Origin: an uncultured Actinomycetota bacterium
GTDB lineage: Bacteria > Actinomycetota > Actinomycetes > Mycobacteriales > Nakamurellaceae
Length of the DNA stretch: 64,000 bases
Direction: 5' to 3'
NCBI GenBank assembly: GCA_963766015.1
Contig: CAVXYU010000040.1
Location: 137,640-201,639 of the forward strand
Shown here: positions 39,119-54,165 of the stretch, one piece after another
Layout of the letters: the number at the start of each line of letters is the position of its first letter
Position numbering within the stretch: the stretch's first letter is position 1
Made by a program: the position numbers and the translations under genes
The notes under the pieces: model-generated
What the model was told of the DNA's origin: nothing
Databases searched by the model: none
Seen by the model: only the letters and a program-made list of their open reading frames with translations

Positions 39119-40009
39119 TCAGGCGGGGGAGCGTTCGGCGGCTGGGGCTGCGGCCGGGGCCGGGGCTGCGGCTGTGCCCGCGGCAGCCGCTGCTGGGCGG
39201 TCCGGCTGTCCCTTGAGGAACAGGTACCAGTACGACGTCGCCACGAACACCACGGCGCCGACCAGGTTTCCCGCCCCGGCCAGCAGCCAGTTGATCCCGG
39301 TGTCGGCCCAGCTGATGTTCGGGTCGCCGGAGAAGATCGCGGCCGGCAGGAAGAACATGTTCGCCACCACGTGGTCGAACCCCATCGCCACGAACGCCAT
39401 GATCGGGAAGAAGATCGCCAGGATCTTGCCGGACACCGAGGTGGCCGCCAGCGACATCCAGACGGCCACGCAGACCAGCCAGTTGCAGCCGATCCCGCGC
39501 AGGAAGGTCTGCCACGGAGTGTGGTGCAGCGCCTTGTCCCCGGCGATCTGGGCGAGGCGGTCGTACGTCAGGGCGGCGCTCCCGGTCGCGGAACCGGCGT
39601 GTCCGATCAGCCCCGTCTGGACCGCCAGGAAGTAGGCCACGAACAAGGCGCCGATCAGGTTCCCGATCAGCACCAGCGTGAGATTGCCGGCGACGTCACG
39701 CATCCCGATCCGCCGCCGCATCGCGCTCAGCGGCACGAGCATCATGTTGCCGGTCGCCAGGTCCGACCCGGCGATGAGTACCAGGACCAACCCGAGGGTG
39801 AAGGCGATGCCGGTGAACAGGGTCGGCAGCGTGCCCCAGATCGCCGGGTCGAGGCCCGACGAGACGGTGATCGCCACCAGGCCGCCGAACGCGATGTACG
39901 CGCCGCCCAGGAACGAGCTGACCAGGACCTTGTCCCATCGGCGGTGGGTTTTCTTGGTGCCGATCGCGACGGCGAGGTCGGCGACTTCCTGCGGTTCACG
40001 CGCGGGCAT
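39119..40009 (-). CDS. Formate/nitrite transporter (FNT) family
   Basis: GSDLATGN, GNLIG, GIGCNWLVC, GFDHVVANM, GNLVG; ATG 40009. Confidence 0.92.
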   Translation of the reverse strand: MPAREPQEVADLAVAIGTKKTHRRWDKVLVSSFLGGAYIAFGGLVAITVSSGLDPAIWGTLPTLFTGIAFTLGLVLVLIAGSDLATGNMMLVPLSAMRRRIGMRDVAGNLTLVLIGNLIGALFVAYFLAVQTGLIGHAGSATGSAALTYDRLAQIAGDKALHHTPWQTFLRGIGCNWLVCVAVWMSLAATSVSGKILAIFFPIMAFVAMGFDHVVANMFFLPAAIFSGDPNISWADTGINWLLAGAGNLVGAVVFVATSYWYLFLKGQPDRPAAAAAGTAAAPAPAAAPAAERSPA

Positions 40010-40164
40010 CAGGGCCTCCGGTGTCGTGCTGCCGTTGATCGGCTGCCAGTCGTGGGTCGTGCAGGGTGGGTGTGTTCGGAACGACTGGCGGCGCTGCACG
40101 TCGTCCGGAAATCGGACAATACCGAGATCGAAGCCGTCACGGCGCAGCGTGATCTGGTCCGGCG

Positions 40165-41409
40165 TCAGTGATCAGGCGTCTGCTCCGTCGATGGGGGCGC
40201 CGACGGGGAGGAGGATCCCGCCGCGGGCGGCGGGAGACGCCGCGGGATCCAGACGCCCAGCCAGGCGGCCCCCAGCATCCCGACACCACCCATCGCCGCG
40301 ATCCCGGCGCCTAGCGTGGCCATGGCCGCGATCCCCGCGATGACGAACGGGCCGACGCCGTTGCCCGCGTCGTAGAACACCCGCCACAGACCGAGGAACA
40401 CCGGTCGCCGGCCCGGCGGGGCCAGGTCGGCGCCGAGGGTCATCACCAGTCCGGAGCTCATGCCGTTGCCAACGCCGATCAGCAGGCCGACCGCGAGCAG
40501 CGCGGCGGCGGACTCGGTGAGCGGGACCAGCAGCAGCGAGACGCCGAGGACGACCAGCGACGGCACCGCGATGAAGGCCCGGCCGAACCGGTCCATCACC
40601 TTCCCGGCCGGGTAGAACAGCAGCATGTCGACCGCCCCGGACAGCCCGAAGATCACCGAGATCGCGGTCGGCGACAGCCCGAGGTGCTGGCCCCACAACG
40701 GCAGGACCACCTGCCTGGCGGCGCGGACGGCACTGACCACCAGGGCGCCCACACCGAGCGTGGCGAAGACGGATCGCTGGTCGCGGAGCACCAGTAGGAC
40801 CGGTGCCCTTTCGACTGCACCGGCACCGCGGGCACCGTGGTCACCGGAGAGATCAGGCACCACGAGAAGGACTGCCGCAGCGACGATCGCGGCCACGATG
40901 TGCACGGCATAGGCGCCCCACAACCCGGTCAGCAGGACCACCGCACCGCCGAGGAACGGCCCGATGAACAGGCCTATCCGGAACACCCCGCCGAGGGTGG
41001 ACATCGCCCGCGCCCGGAGTCGATACGGGACCACCTCGATGACGTACGCCTGCCGGGCCAGCAGCCAGACCGCGGTCCCGACGCCGGTGCCGAAGATCGA
41101 CACCGCGAAAACCGCGAGTGTGGGCGCGAAGATGCAGCCGAGCAGGGCCAGCACCGTCAGGCCGGCCGCGCCGATCATCGTCGGGCGTTCGCCGTAGCGG
41201 TGTACGACGGTGCCGGCCGGGATGTCCGCCAGGAGTTGACCGATCCCCGCCGTCGCGACGACGACAGCCGCCATCGCCGGTGAGGCGCCGAGCTGGGTGG
41301 CGGAGATCACGACGACCGGTGCGATGGCGCCCTGACCGACGGCGAACAGCCCCGGCGGCAGGAAGGCGGCCGGGGCGATCTGCCGCAGGCTCAGCGTCTC
41401 GTCGGTCAT
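40165..41409 (-). CDS. MFS transporter
   Basis: ARQAY...RARAMSTLGG, PAGKVMDRFGR, MTLGADLAP. Confidence 0.9.
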   Translation of the reverse strand: MTDETLSLRQIAPAAFLPPGLFAVGQGAIAPVVVISATQLGASPAMAAVVVATAGIGQLLADIPAGTVVHRYGERPTMIGAAGLTVLALLGCIFAPTLAVFAVSIFGTGVGTAVWLLARQAYVIEVVPYRLRARAMSTLGGVFRIGLFIGPFLGGAVVLLTGLWGAYAVHIVAAIVAAAVLLVVPDLSGDHGARGAGAVERAPVLLVLRDQRSVFATLGVGALVVSAVRAARQVVLPLWGQHLGLSPTAISVIFGLSGAVDMLLFYPAGKVMDRFGRAFIAVPSLVVLGVSLLLVPLTESAAALLAVGLLIGVGNGMSSGLVMTLGADLAPPGRRPVFLGLWRVFYDAGNGVGPFVIAGIAAMATLGAGIAAMGGVGMLGAAWLGVWIPRRLPPPAAGSSSPSAPPSTEQTPDH

Positions 41410-41628
41410 CGCCCGTCATCCTGCCCGGTGCGGCGCGTGCAGCCGCCGACGGCCGACCGACCGGCCAACCTCAGCGGTGACCGTGCACCGTGCCGGGGTG
41501 CTGCGCCGACACCGCTGGCGGTGTTCAGTTGCGGCGGGCCGACCCGGGCGCCGCGGGCCGCCCCGTGCGCCGCGGCCGTCCCGTGCGGCGGGCCGACCCG
41601 GTGAGGCGCGGCCGCGTGACCGCCCGCG

Positions 41629-43528
<1,900 letters not shown>

Positions 43529-43597
43529 TCAGGCTCCGTCGCGGCGGCGAAGGAGCAGGCCGGTCGTCAGGACGCCGGGCGCTGCGGTGCGCACCAC
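43529..43597 (-). promoter_or_regulatory. leuA LEU-element leader peptide (22 aa, Leu run)
   Basis: GTG...MVRTAAPGVLTTGLLLRRRDGA*; CCGCGACGGAG pairs with downstream CTCCGTCGCGG; TAGAGT -10 lies 7 nt before GTG (leaderless). Confidence 0.8.
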
Positions 43598-43764
43598 GCG
43601 ACGGACTCTACCCCCGGCGCTCGGGGTCGGCGCAAGCACCGATCCGAGTTGCAAAGCCGACCGGCACAGGCACAGTGGTTGCACTGGGCGAAGTGGTTGT
43701 CCTGGGCGAGTTGGTCGTCCCGGGCGAGGTGGCAGTCGTGGGCGAGGTGGGTGTTGTGGGCCTG

Positions 43765-45300
43765 ATGGCTGTTGCGGGCGGCGAGCAGATGGTGCGCGTC
43801 GGCGGCATCGAGTTGTGCGTCCAGACCTTCGGCGACGCGGCCGATCCGGCCATCCTCCTGATCGGCGGGATGAGCGCCTCGATGGACTGGTGGGAGGACG
43901 GGTTCTGTGCCCGGCTCGCCGCGGGCGGCAGGTTCGTCATCCGTTACGACCACCGGGACACCGGTCGCTCGGTGAGCTACCCCGCGGGCAGTCCCGGGTA
44001 CAGCGGCCCCGACCTGATCCGCGATGCCGTCGGCGTCCTCGATGCGCTCCACCTGGATGCTGCGCACGTCGTCGGCATCTCGATGGGCGGTGCGCTCGCG
44101 CAGGTGCTGACGATCGAGCATCCCGACCGGGTTCTGACGCTGACCGTGATCTCCAGCAGTCCCGGTCCCGGGGATCCAGACCTGCCGGGCATGGACGACG
44201 ACTTGTCCGGGGAGTTTGCCGCGCTGCCCGCCGAGCCGGACTGGTCGGACAGGCTCCGCGCCGTCGACTACATCGTCCAGAGTTGCCGGCCGCTGGCCGC
44301 GCTGTCGGTGCCGTTCGACGCGTCGGCGGTACGGGCGGTTGCGGAGAAGGCCTTCGATCGGACGACCGACGTGCGGGCCGGTCAGACCAACCACGCACTG
44401 GTCGAGGGTGGTGAACCGTGGCGCGGCAGGCTCGCCGAGATCAGCGTTCCGACCCTGATCGTGCACGGCGCGGAGGATCGGATGTTTCCCCCGCAGCACG
44501 GTGTCGCGCTGGCAGACGAGATCGGCAGTGCCCGGCTTCTCGTCCTGCCGGCAACCGGACACGAACTCCCGCAACGGGTCTGGGACCTGGTCGTGCCCGC
44601 GATACTGCGATTGACGTCCCCACGCTGGCAGACCAGGGCCGACGTCCTGGCCGAGCGGGCGCTCGCGCGTGACGATCCGACGGGTTGGTTCGACCGGCTC
44701 TACGGCTCGGCGAACAGCGGACTGGTGTCAATGCCCTGGGACCGGGACACCCCCCAGCCGCAGCTCGCGGACTGGCTCGATCACCGTGCCGTTGACGCTG
44801 CCGGGCGCCGCGCCGTCGTGGTCGGCTGCGGTCTCGGGGCCGACACCGAGTACCTGTCCCGGCTCGGCTACCGGACCACCGCGTTCGACGTGTCACCGAC
44901 GGCGATCTCGATTGCCCGGGACCGGCATCGCGGGTCGTCGGTGGACTACTCGGTTCAGGACCTGTTCGAGCTGCCGGCCGAGTGGGCGAAGGCCTTCGAT
45001 CTGGTCGTGGAGATCTACACGGTGCAGGCGTTGCCGCTGTCCCTGCGCGAGCGGGCGACCGCCGCCGTCGCCGCCCTGGTCGCGCAGGGCGGGACGCTGC
45101 TGGTGATCCAGGCGGTGCGCGACGACGGCGACACGGACCCCGACGGCCCGCCCTGGCCGCTGACCCGCGCGGAGATCGACCTCTTCGCGGGCGCCGGACT
45201 GGACGCCGTGCGGGTCGAGCGGCTGGTCGATCAGGACGGCGCACCCCGCTGGCGGGCGGAGTTCACCCGCCCGCGGCCCGCCGGGTTCACCCGCCGCTGA
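43765..45300 (+). CDS. Fusion of alpha/beta hydrolase and class I SAM methyltransferase
   Basis: YDHRDTGRS, GISMGG, HGAED..GH (hydrolase); then GWFDRLY..PW, VVGCGLGAD, FDVSPTA, GPPWPL (methyltransferase); start uncertain. Confidence 0.85.
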   Translation: MAVAGGEQMVRVGGIELCVQTFGDAADPAILLIGGMSASMDWWEDGFCARLAAGGRFVIRYDHRDTGRSVSYPAGSPGYSGPDLIRDAVGVLDALHLDAAHVVGISMGGALAQVLTIEHPDRVLTLTVISSSPGPGDPDLPGMDDDLSGEFAALPAEPDWSDRLRAVDYIVQSCRPLAALSVPFDASAVRAVAEKAFDRTTDVRAGQTNHALVEGGEPWRGRLAEISVPTLIVHGAEDRMFPPQHGVALADEIGSARLLVLPATGHELPQRVWDLVVPAILRLTSPRWQTRADVLAERALARDDPTGWFDRLYGSANSGLVSMPWDRDTPQPQLADWLDHRAVDAAGRRAVVVGCGLGADTEYLSRLGYRTTAFDVSPTAISIARDRHRGSSVDYSVQDLFELPAEWAKAFDLVVEIYTVQALPLSLRERATAAVAALVAQGGTLLVIQAVRDDGDTDPDGPPWPLTRAEIDLFAGAGLDAVRVERLVDQDGAPRWRAEFTRPRPAGFTRR

Positions 45301-45306
45301 CGACCG

Positions 45307-46038
45307 TCACCGGTAGCTGGTCACGACCGGCGTCGATGGCTGGTTGCCCGCGGCAACGCAACCCCAGATCATCGAGGTCAGCCAGACGGCCGGCCACCAG
45401 ACCAGCCAGCCGAGACCGAAGGTCATGATGCCGACGACCACACCGCCGAAGAGCCAGGCGGCGAGCATGATCAGGGCGCCGCTGACGGTGGAATAGAACA
45501 TCCCGAACGGGCCGAAGAAAAAGGTCAGGACGAGTGCGACGCCGACCGACTTCCGCGGCGCCACCATCACCACCGTCGTGCTGCCGTACGGTACGTGCAC
45601 CTGCGATTGGCCCCGTCCGTACTGCCGACCGCCGGCCGCGACGGGCGGTCCGAAGCCGGCCGCCGGTGCGGTGTGCTCCGACCATGCCGCGCCGTCCCAC
45701 CAGCGCTGCGCGGGGACGCCGCTCGGGTCGGGGTACCAGCCGGGCTGGATGAACAGCGGAGCGGGCGGCGAGGGCTGCCGGGTCATGTCGTACCCGCTGA
45801 AGGTCGATGTGTACGCCGTCGAGGTCTGCGCCGGCGCAACGTCCATCAGGGTGGCCAACGGCGCGTCAGCCGTGGACCAGGCACGCGGTGATTCCCCTTC
45901 CAGCCCGGCATCACCGGAGAGCAGCACCGCCTGCCGGCTGTGTGAGGTCCACTGGCTGCCGTTCCACCATCGTTCGGCGGTCGGATCGTCCGGGTCGGGG
46001 TACCACCCGGCGGTCAACCGCGGCTCGTCGATGGACAT
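45307..46038 (-). CDS. DUF2510-domain membrane protein (two GWYPDP...RWW.G..W modules)
   Basis: AGWYPDPDDPTAERWWNGSQWT and PGWYPDPSGVPAQRWWDGAAWS; C-terminal KSVGVA...FFGPFGMFY TM region. Confidence 0.82.
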   Translation of the reverse strand: MSIDEPRLTAGWYPDPDDPTAERWWNGSQWTSHSRQAVLLSGDAGLEGESPRAWSTADAPLATLMDVAPAQTSTAYTSTFSGYDMTRQPSPPAPLFIQPGWYPDPSGVPAQRWWDGAAWSEHTAPAAGFGPPVAAGGRQYGRGQSQVHVPYGSTTVVMVAPRKSVGVALVLTFFFGPFGMFYSTVSGALIMLAAWLFGGVVVGIMTFGLGWLVWWPAVWLTSMIWGCVAAGNQPSTPVVTSYR

Positions 46039-46215
46039 CTCGCGCCCCCGATCACAGTCCTTCAGTCACTGAAACCGACAGTAACAGCGGATCCCGACAG
46101 TCGGGTCGGGGTCGGGGAAGCTCATCAACGCGATCCGACCGATGAGAGAACACCAGCGATCACTGTGCGGCCCGCTCCGGGTCTAACCTTCCGACCCTGC
46201 TGAAAGGAGCGCCCC

Positions 46216-46971
46216 ATGTTGCTCGAATCCAGGACGGCCGTCGTGTACGGAGCCGGCGGATCCATCGGTGGTGCGGCGGCCACCGCGTTCGCCAGGGAAG
46301 GCGCGATTGTTCATCTCGTCGGCCACCACCACACTCCGCTGCAGAAGGTGGCCGACGAGATCGAGCGGGCCGGCGGGCGGGCCGAGATCGCCGTCTTCGA
46401 CGCCCTCGACGAGCTGGCGATCGACGAGCACGCGGATTCGGTGGCGCGCGCAGCCGGCGCCATCGACATCTCGCTCAACGTCATCGGGCATGGTGATGTG
46501 CACGGCACCCCGCTGGCGCAGATGACGCTCGCCGACTTCGAACGCCCCATCCACGGTTCGATCCGCACCACGTTCCTCACCGCCCGCGCCGCTGCCCGGC
46601 ACATGATCCCGTCGCGGTCCGGAGTGATCCTCATGTTCGGCGGCGACGGGGATCCCATGCGCGACTACTTCATCGGTGGCACGCAGGTCGCGTTCAGCGC
46701 CGTGGAGATGCTCCGCCGGCAACTCGCTGCCGAGCTCGGACCGCACGGCATCCGGGTGGTCACCCTGCGAACCGGCGGCATCCCCGAGTCGTTGCCGACC
46801 GGCATGGAGGGCCGGGCCGCCATCGTCGACCCGATGGTCGCGGCCACCATGCTCGGCCGCGCGGCGACGCTGGCCGATGTCGGCAATGTCTTCGCGTTCG
46901 CTGCATCCGACCAGGCCAGGACGCTGACCGGTACCGCGATCAACATCAGCTGCGGCGCCATCGTCGATTGA
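46216..46971 (+). CDS. Short-chain dehydrogenase/reductase (atypical)
   Basis: YGAGGSIG, LAAELGPHGIRV, ASDQARTLTGTAINISCG; AAGGAG RBS. Confidence 0.88.
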   Translation: MLLESRTAVVYGAGGSIGGAAATAFAREGAIVHLVGHHHTPLQKVADEIERAGGRAEIAVFDALDELAIDEHADSVARAAGAIDISLNVIGHGDVHGTPLAQMTLADFERPIHGSIRTTFLTARAAARHMIPSRSGVILMFGGDGDPMRDYFIGGTQVAFSAVEMLRRQLAAELGPHGIRVVTLRTGGIPESLPTGMEGRAAIVDPMVAATMLGRAATLADVGNVFAFAASDQARTLTGTAINISCGAIVD

Positions 46972-47013
46972 GCCCTGTCGATTGACCACCGGCCGGCCAG
47001 GCACGATGGCCGG

Positions 47014-48054
47014 GTGAGCGCCGTCGACCCGACCACCCAACCCGCCACCCCGCCGGCCGCCCAACAGGCGGATCGATCCGTGCCGGCCGCACACCAGGAA
47101 TCGCCTCATCAGCCCGTGCCCGTGCCGGTGCCTCTGCTGGTGCCCGTGCCTGTCCCTGAGGCCGCGGCGCTCGGTCGACCGCCGTCCGACCCCCCGACCG
47201 AGCCGATTCCCGTGGTCGGGCCGGTCGGGCCCGCGTTCGGTCCGACAGCGGAGCGGGGCGCGGATGCCGAGCCGGGAGCACTGCCGACCTCGCCCTGGAG
47301 CTTCGTCGATGTTTTCGCCGGCCTCGGCGCGGTGCTGCTGGTCAGCCTGCTGGTCTCGGCGCCGCTGCAGATCGGGTCGTGGGACGGGGGCGGCGCCCGG
47401 CTGCTGGTGTCGGCGCTTCCGGTGTGGATCGGCCTGCTGGGCACCGCCGTCTGGGCGTGCAGGCGGCACGGCACCGGGAATCTGATCCGGGACCTCGGCC
47501 TGACGTTCAAGCCGATCGACCTGGCGATCGGCCTCGGCGCCGGTCTGGGTCTGCGCTTCGCGGTCGGAATCTGGGCGATCGTCTACTCGTCGCTGACCGG
47601 TCGGCAGCCGACGTCGAATCTGGACTCGATCCTCGAGAACGGGCTGGGCACAGGCTTCTGGCTGGTGACGAACATGCTGGCGATCGCGGTGATCGGGCCG
47701 GTGATCGAGGAGATCTTCTTCCGCGGCCTCGGTCTGCGGTCGGCGCTGGCCAGTCTCTGGCGGCGGGCCGGGACGCCCCGGTTCGCCGATCCCCGGCGGC
47801 GGATCTGGGTCTCGATCGCCGTCACCTCGACGATCTTCGCGTTGCTGCACGTGTCGGAGGTCAACGACCTGACCTCCGCGGCCGTGTTGCTGCCCGGGCT
47901 GTTCCTGGCGGGCTGGGTGCTGGCCAGGCTGACGATCTGGAGTGGCCGGCTCGGCCCGGCGATCGTCACGCACGTGGTGTTCAACGGGGTCGCGGTACTG
48001 GCGCTGCTCGCTCGCACTGGGCTGAGGCCGGGGCGTCGCGCGATGAACCGGTAG
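47014..48054 (+). CDS. CPBP/Abi intramembrane metalloprotease
   Basis: [20 protein letters not shown] motifs. Confidence 0.88.
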   Translation: MSAVDPTTQPATPPAAQQADRSVPAAHQESPHQPVPVPVPLLVPVPVPEAAALGRPPSDPPTEPIPVVGPVGPAFGPTAERGADAEPGALPTSPWSFVDVFAGLGAVLLVSLLVSAPLQIGSWDGGGARLLVSALPVWIGLLGTAVWACRRHGTGNLIRDLGLTFKPIDLAIGLGAGLGLRFAVGIWAIVYSSLTGRQPTSNLDSILENGLGTGFWLVTNMLAIAVIGPVIEEIFFRGLGLRSALASLWRRAGTPRFADPRRRIWVSIAVTSTIFALLHVSEVNDLTSAAVLLPGLFLAGWVLARLTIWSGRLGPAIVTHVVFNGVAVLALLARTGLRPGRRAMNR

Positions 48055-48202
48055 ACCGGACGTCTTCCTCCCGATCCCGGTGCGCGGCGGAAGCCTTTCG
48101 TCGGTACCGCTGCGGGCGGGCGACGAGGCGTCGGCGGGTAGTCTGACGTGCAAAATGTCCCCGGCGTCGAGCGCGGGACAGCAGCGGAAAGCGGGACTTG
48201 CA

Positions 48203-50568
<2,366 letters not shown>

Positions 50569-50570
50569 TG

Positions 50571-51355
50571 ATGCCTTCCGAACGGCCGATGCCGACGTTC
50601 CGAACGGCGGGGGTGGATCTCGCGTCCCAGGACAGCCAGGACCGCGCTGGCCGAGATCAGTTGGCGGCGCAGGCGGGCCGTGCTGGAGTCGGTCGGGTGG
50701 GCGTCGGCAACGACGCGATCGTCGACGCGGCTCGGACGTGCCGAGCTGATCGGCATCGACTGCCCGCTGGGCTGGCCGGCGGCATTCACCGACTTCGTCC
50801 TCGCCGCCCGCCGGGGCACGCTGCCGGCCGACGCCGGCGCCACGGCTGCGGCGAAACAGCGGCTCGCGTTCCGGCACACCGACATCGCCGTTCGGGCAGG
50901 CGACGGGTCGCTGGCCGCTCAGCGTGTCGGCGGACCGGATCGCCTACCCCGCCATGCGCTGCGCGGGTGTCCTGGCCCGGCTCGCCGCCGGACGGGTACC
51001 GGGTCCGCCGCAGCGGTGTCGCTTCCGTCGTCGCGGAGGTCTACCCGGCGGGTGCGCTGGCGGTGTGGCAAGTGGGCATCGGCGGGGCCGAAATCGGACC
51101 GGTCGGCCTTGGCCGCCCTCGTCGACGATCTGGTTGCGCGGACGCCGTGGCTGGACTGGGCGGACTGGGCGGCGGTGTGCCGACGGAATCGACGACGCAC
51201 TGGACGCGGTGATCTGCGCGATCGTCGCGGGAGCCGTGCGGTGCGGCCGCACCGCTGGTCCGCCGAACGATGTCCCGGCCGACGAGGAAGGCTGGATCCA
51301 CCTGCCGGATGCGGCGTTCCTGAAGACAGGCCCGGGTTCCGTCACCGGCAGCTGA
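50571..51355 (+). CDS. DUF429 (RNase-H-like) protein; frameshifted
   Basis: TAGVDLA, IGIDCPLGWP, LSVSADRIA, EVYPAGAL, DALDAVICA, EEGWIHLP across frames. Confidence 0.75.
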
Positions 51356-52413
51356 CGACGGTCAGCGACCCGTTCCGCCCGCCTGGCCCCGCCTCCGAGG
51401 CGACCGCGTACCCGCAGCCGTCAGCTGTCCCGGTGATGCCCTCGGCCTGTGGTTGCGCGCCGAGCGGGAGCCGACGGTGCGGCCAGTCCGGGAAATCGGT
51501 CAGCGGCGCCGCGGGGTCCGGCGCGGTGTACTGCTGGACCTCGTCGTAGGTCAGCAGCAGGACACGGCCGGGGTCGGAGGCGAGGTCGGTGGCGACGTTG
51601 CCGGTGAACAGGGTGCGCAACGGCCGCTCGGCGTCCGGCGGCCTGAACTCCCGGACGAACGTGAGCTCCCCGCCACCCGGCGAACCGGTGTACATGCGGT
51701 GCGGCAGCGACCCCTTCTGGCTCGGGCTTGGTCACGACGACCAGCGACCCGTCCTGGTCGACCAGCATCGACTCGGCGTTGTGCGGGCCGTCCGGGTAGC
51801 GGTAGTCCCAGGCGTCCGCCGGCACCGGGTCGGCAGGCGGTGGATCCAACGCGGGCTCGGCGAGCCGGTACACGGTGATGCTGTCCCGCTGGGCCGCGTT
51901 GTCGCCGATATCGCCGACGTAAAAACAGATCTCGGCCGCCGGACCCGGCAGCGGCGTGTTGCCGCACGCACCCGAGGTCAGGGCTTCGGCGTTGCCGGCA
52001 GACATCCCGTCGACGGCGATGTCCGCGATCACCTTGCCGGTGGCGTTCACGGCGACGATCGTGTCCGTGCCGCTCTCGTCGCCGACCAGGAAATAGACGC
52101 CGGGAGTGGCACTCGCAGTGGCGATCCCGCTGGCCTCATCCGCCACGCCCGCGCCGAGCTGCACGGTGCGCTCGGCGAAATCCGCTGCAGCGGTGACCGT
52201 CGTGGAAGCCGCCGCCGTCGGCGGTTCGTCGGAGGTGCTCCCACCGGCCGTCGCGGTGGGCCGCGAGGCGACCGTGCGGGTCGCGCCGGCGGAGGCGCTG
52301 CCAGTCTCAGCCGAGTTCGAGCCGATGGTCCCGCGGTCGGCCGCAGGCTCCGCCTGGCACCCACCGACAATCGCCCCGGCGACCAGCAGGGTCAGCACAG
52401 CTCGCGTTCTCAT
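51342..52413 (-). CDS. Secreted lipoprotein, probable beta-propeller; frameshift near 51705
   Basis: Lipobox VGGC; EASGI, GDIGDN, YPDGPHNAE, LLTY, QAEGI motifs. Confidence 0.7.
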
Positions 52414-52467
52414 CGTCCCCCTTGCCGGCCCGCCGCGTCGTCGACCCCCTCGAGGTGCGACTTGGCC

Positions 52468-53739
52468 TCAGCTGAGTCTCTCATTGGTGGGCAGGCTCCC
52501 GGCCTGGCTGCGGTAGAGGAGCCGTTCCCTCTCGTTGGACGTGCAGTCGGCTGCCCGGTGGAACTCGGCCCACGCTTCATCGGTGCGGCCCAGGCGGCGC
52601 AGGAATGTTGCCCTGGCCGCCGGCAGTGGCGGGTAACCGGCAAGCGCCGGCTCGTCGACGAGCTGGTCGAGCAGGTCGAGCCCGCGCGCTGGACCGTCTG
52701 CCATACCGACCGCCACGGCCCGGTTCAGCGCGACCACGGGTGACGGGAGCACATGGGCCAGGACGGTGTAGAGCGCGGCAACCCGGCGCCAGTCGGTGTC
52801 GTCGACACTGCGCGCCTGCGCGTGGCAGGCCGCGATGGCGGCTTGCAGCGTGTACGGGCCACCACCGAGATCCTCTGCGGTGCGCAGCGAACGGAGACCA
52901 CGGCGGATCAGGGTGGCGTCCCAGCGTCGCCTGTCCTGGTCCTCCAGCAGGATCGGCTCCCCGTTGGGTCCCGTGCGGGCCGGTAGCCGGGAGGCCTGCA
53001 ATTCCATCAGCCCGAGGAGGCCGAACACCTCGGGCTCGGCGGGTTGCAGCGCGGCCAGCACCCGGCCGAGGCGGATCGCATCCGAGCAGAGTTCGGGACG
53101 GGTCCAGTCGTCACCGCTGGTCGCCGCATAGCCCTCGCCGAAGATCAGGTACAGCACGCGCAGTACCGCGTCCAGCCGGGCCGGCAGGGCGGCGGCCGGC
53201 GGAAGTGCGAAGCTGATCTGCTGCTCGGTGAGGACCTTCTTGGCGCGCGAGATGCGTTGTCCCATGGTCTTCTCGCTGACCATGAAAGCTCGGGCGATGT
53301 CCCCGGTTCGCAGGCCGCCGAGAGTGCGGAGGACCAGTGCGACCTGGGCGTCGACGGCCAGTGCCGGGTGGCATGCGGTGAAGATCAGGCGAAGCAGGTC
53401 GTCCGGCACGGCGGCGTCCAGGCGATCGTCGACCTCGGCCATCGGGTCACCTCCGTCCGGTAGCCGGTCCGGGTAGCGCGCGAGCGTCTCGAGTTTGCGG
53501 TTCAGGGTCGCCGAGCGCCGGTGGTGATCGACCGCCAGGTGTTTGGCGGTTGCCATCAACCACGAACCCGGGTGGTCGGGGATGCCGTCGCGTGGCCACT
53601 GCCGCAGGGCGATCTCCAGGCAGTCCTGGGCCAGGTCCTCCGCGATCACGAAGTTGCCGGTGATCCGTGCCAGTGCGGCGACCAGGCGGCCGGACTCGAT
53701 GCGCCAGACCGCCTCGACCGCCGCCGTGGTCGCCGTCAT
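52468..53739 (-). CDS. ECF sigma factor with long C-terminal extension (YciI-associated, DUF6596-type)
   Basis: AEDLAQD, DDLLRLIFTACHPAL, LYLIFGEGY, GPYTLQAAIAACH, SPVVALNRAVA. Confidence 0.9.
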   Translation of the reverse strand: MTATTAAVEAVWRIESGRLVAALARITGNFVIAEDLAQDCLEIALRQWPRDGIPDHPGSWLMATAKHLAVDHHRRSATLNRKLETLARYPDRLPDGGDPMAEVDDRLDAAVPDDLLRLIFTACHPALAVDAQVALVLRTLGGLRTGDIARAFMVSEKTMGQRISRAKKVLTEQQISFALPPAAALPARLDAVLRVLYLIFGEGYAATSGDDWTRPELCSDAIRLGRVLAALQPAEPEVFGLLGLMELQASRLPARTGPNGEPILLEDQDRRRWDATLIRRGLRSLRTAEDLGGGPYTLQAAIAACHAQARSVDDTDWRRVAALYTVLAHVLPSPVVALNRAVAVGMADGPARGLDLLDQLVDEPALAGYPPLPAARATFLRRLGRTDEAWAEFHRAADCTSNERERLLYRSQAGSLPTNERLS

Positions 53740-54132
53740 CTATGCCGTTGCGCCGGAATCGGCGGGCGGCCCGAAGTCCTTCGGGCCGAACACCCGCAGG
53801 ATGTCGGCTTCGCCCTCCCAGCCCGGCCACGAGTCGCGGTGCGCCTTGAGGAAGCGGTTCGTCCACTCGGCGGCGTCCGCCAGGGTGCGAACGTCATAGA
53901 CGGCGTAGCTGATCAGTTCACGGCCCTCGGTGAACGGGCCGTCCACGGCGGAGAGCTGACCGCCGGTCAGGGCGACGCGGGCTCCCGCGGAACTCGGGTG
54001 CAGACCCTGGGTGTCCAACAGGACACCGGCGTTGGTGGCCTCCTCGCCAAGGGTGGCGATGGCGGCCATCAATTCCTGCGGGGGCGGAGTGGCGGGGACG
54101 GTGACGGCACGGAGCAGGACGAGACAGCGCAT
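53740..54132 (-). CDS. YciI/DGPF-domain protein
   Basis: GVLLDTQGLHPS, DGPFTEGRELI motif. Confidence 0.9.
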   Translation of the reverse strand: MRCLVLLRAVTVPATPPPQELMAAIATLGEEATNAGVLLDTQGLHPSSAGARVALTGGQLSAVDGPFTEGRELISYAVYDVRTLADAAEWTNRFLKAHRDSWPGWEGEADILRVFGPKDFGPPADSGATA

Positions 54133-54165
54133 GACGGAACTCCTTTGCGGTTATTCGGGGATTGT

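Noticed and set aside
41530-41601. 18-bp direct repeat TGCGGCGGGCCGACCCGG downstream of leuA
   Set aside because: Only two copies in very GC-rich spacer DNA, with no functional context I can support.
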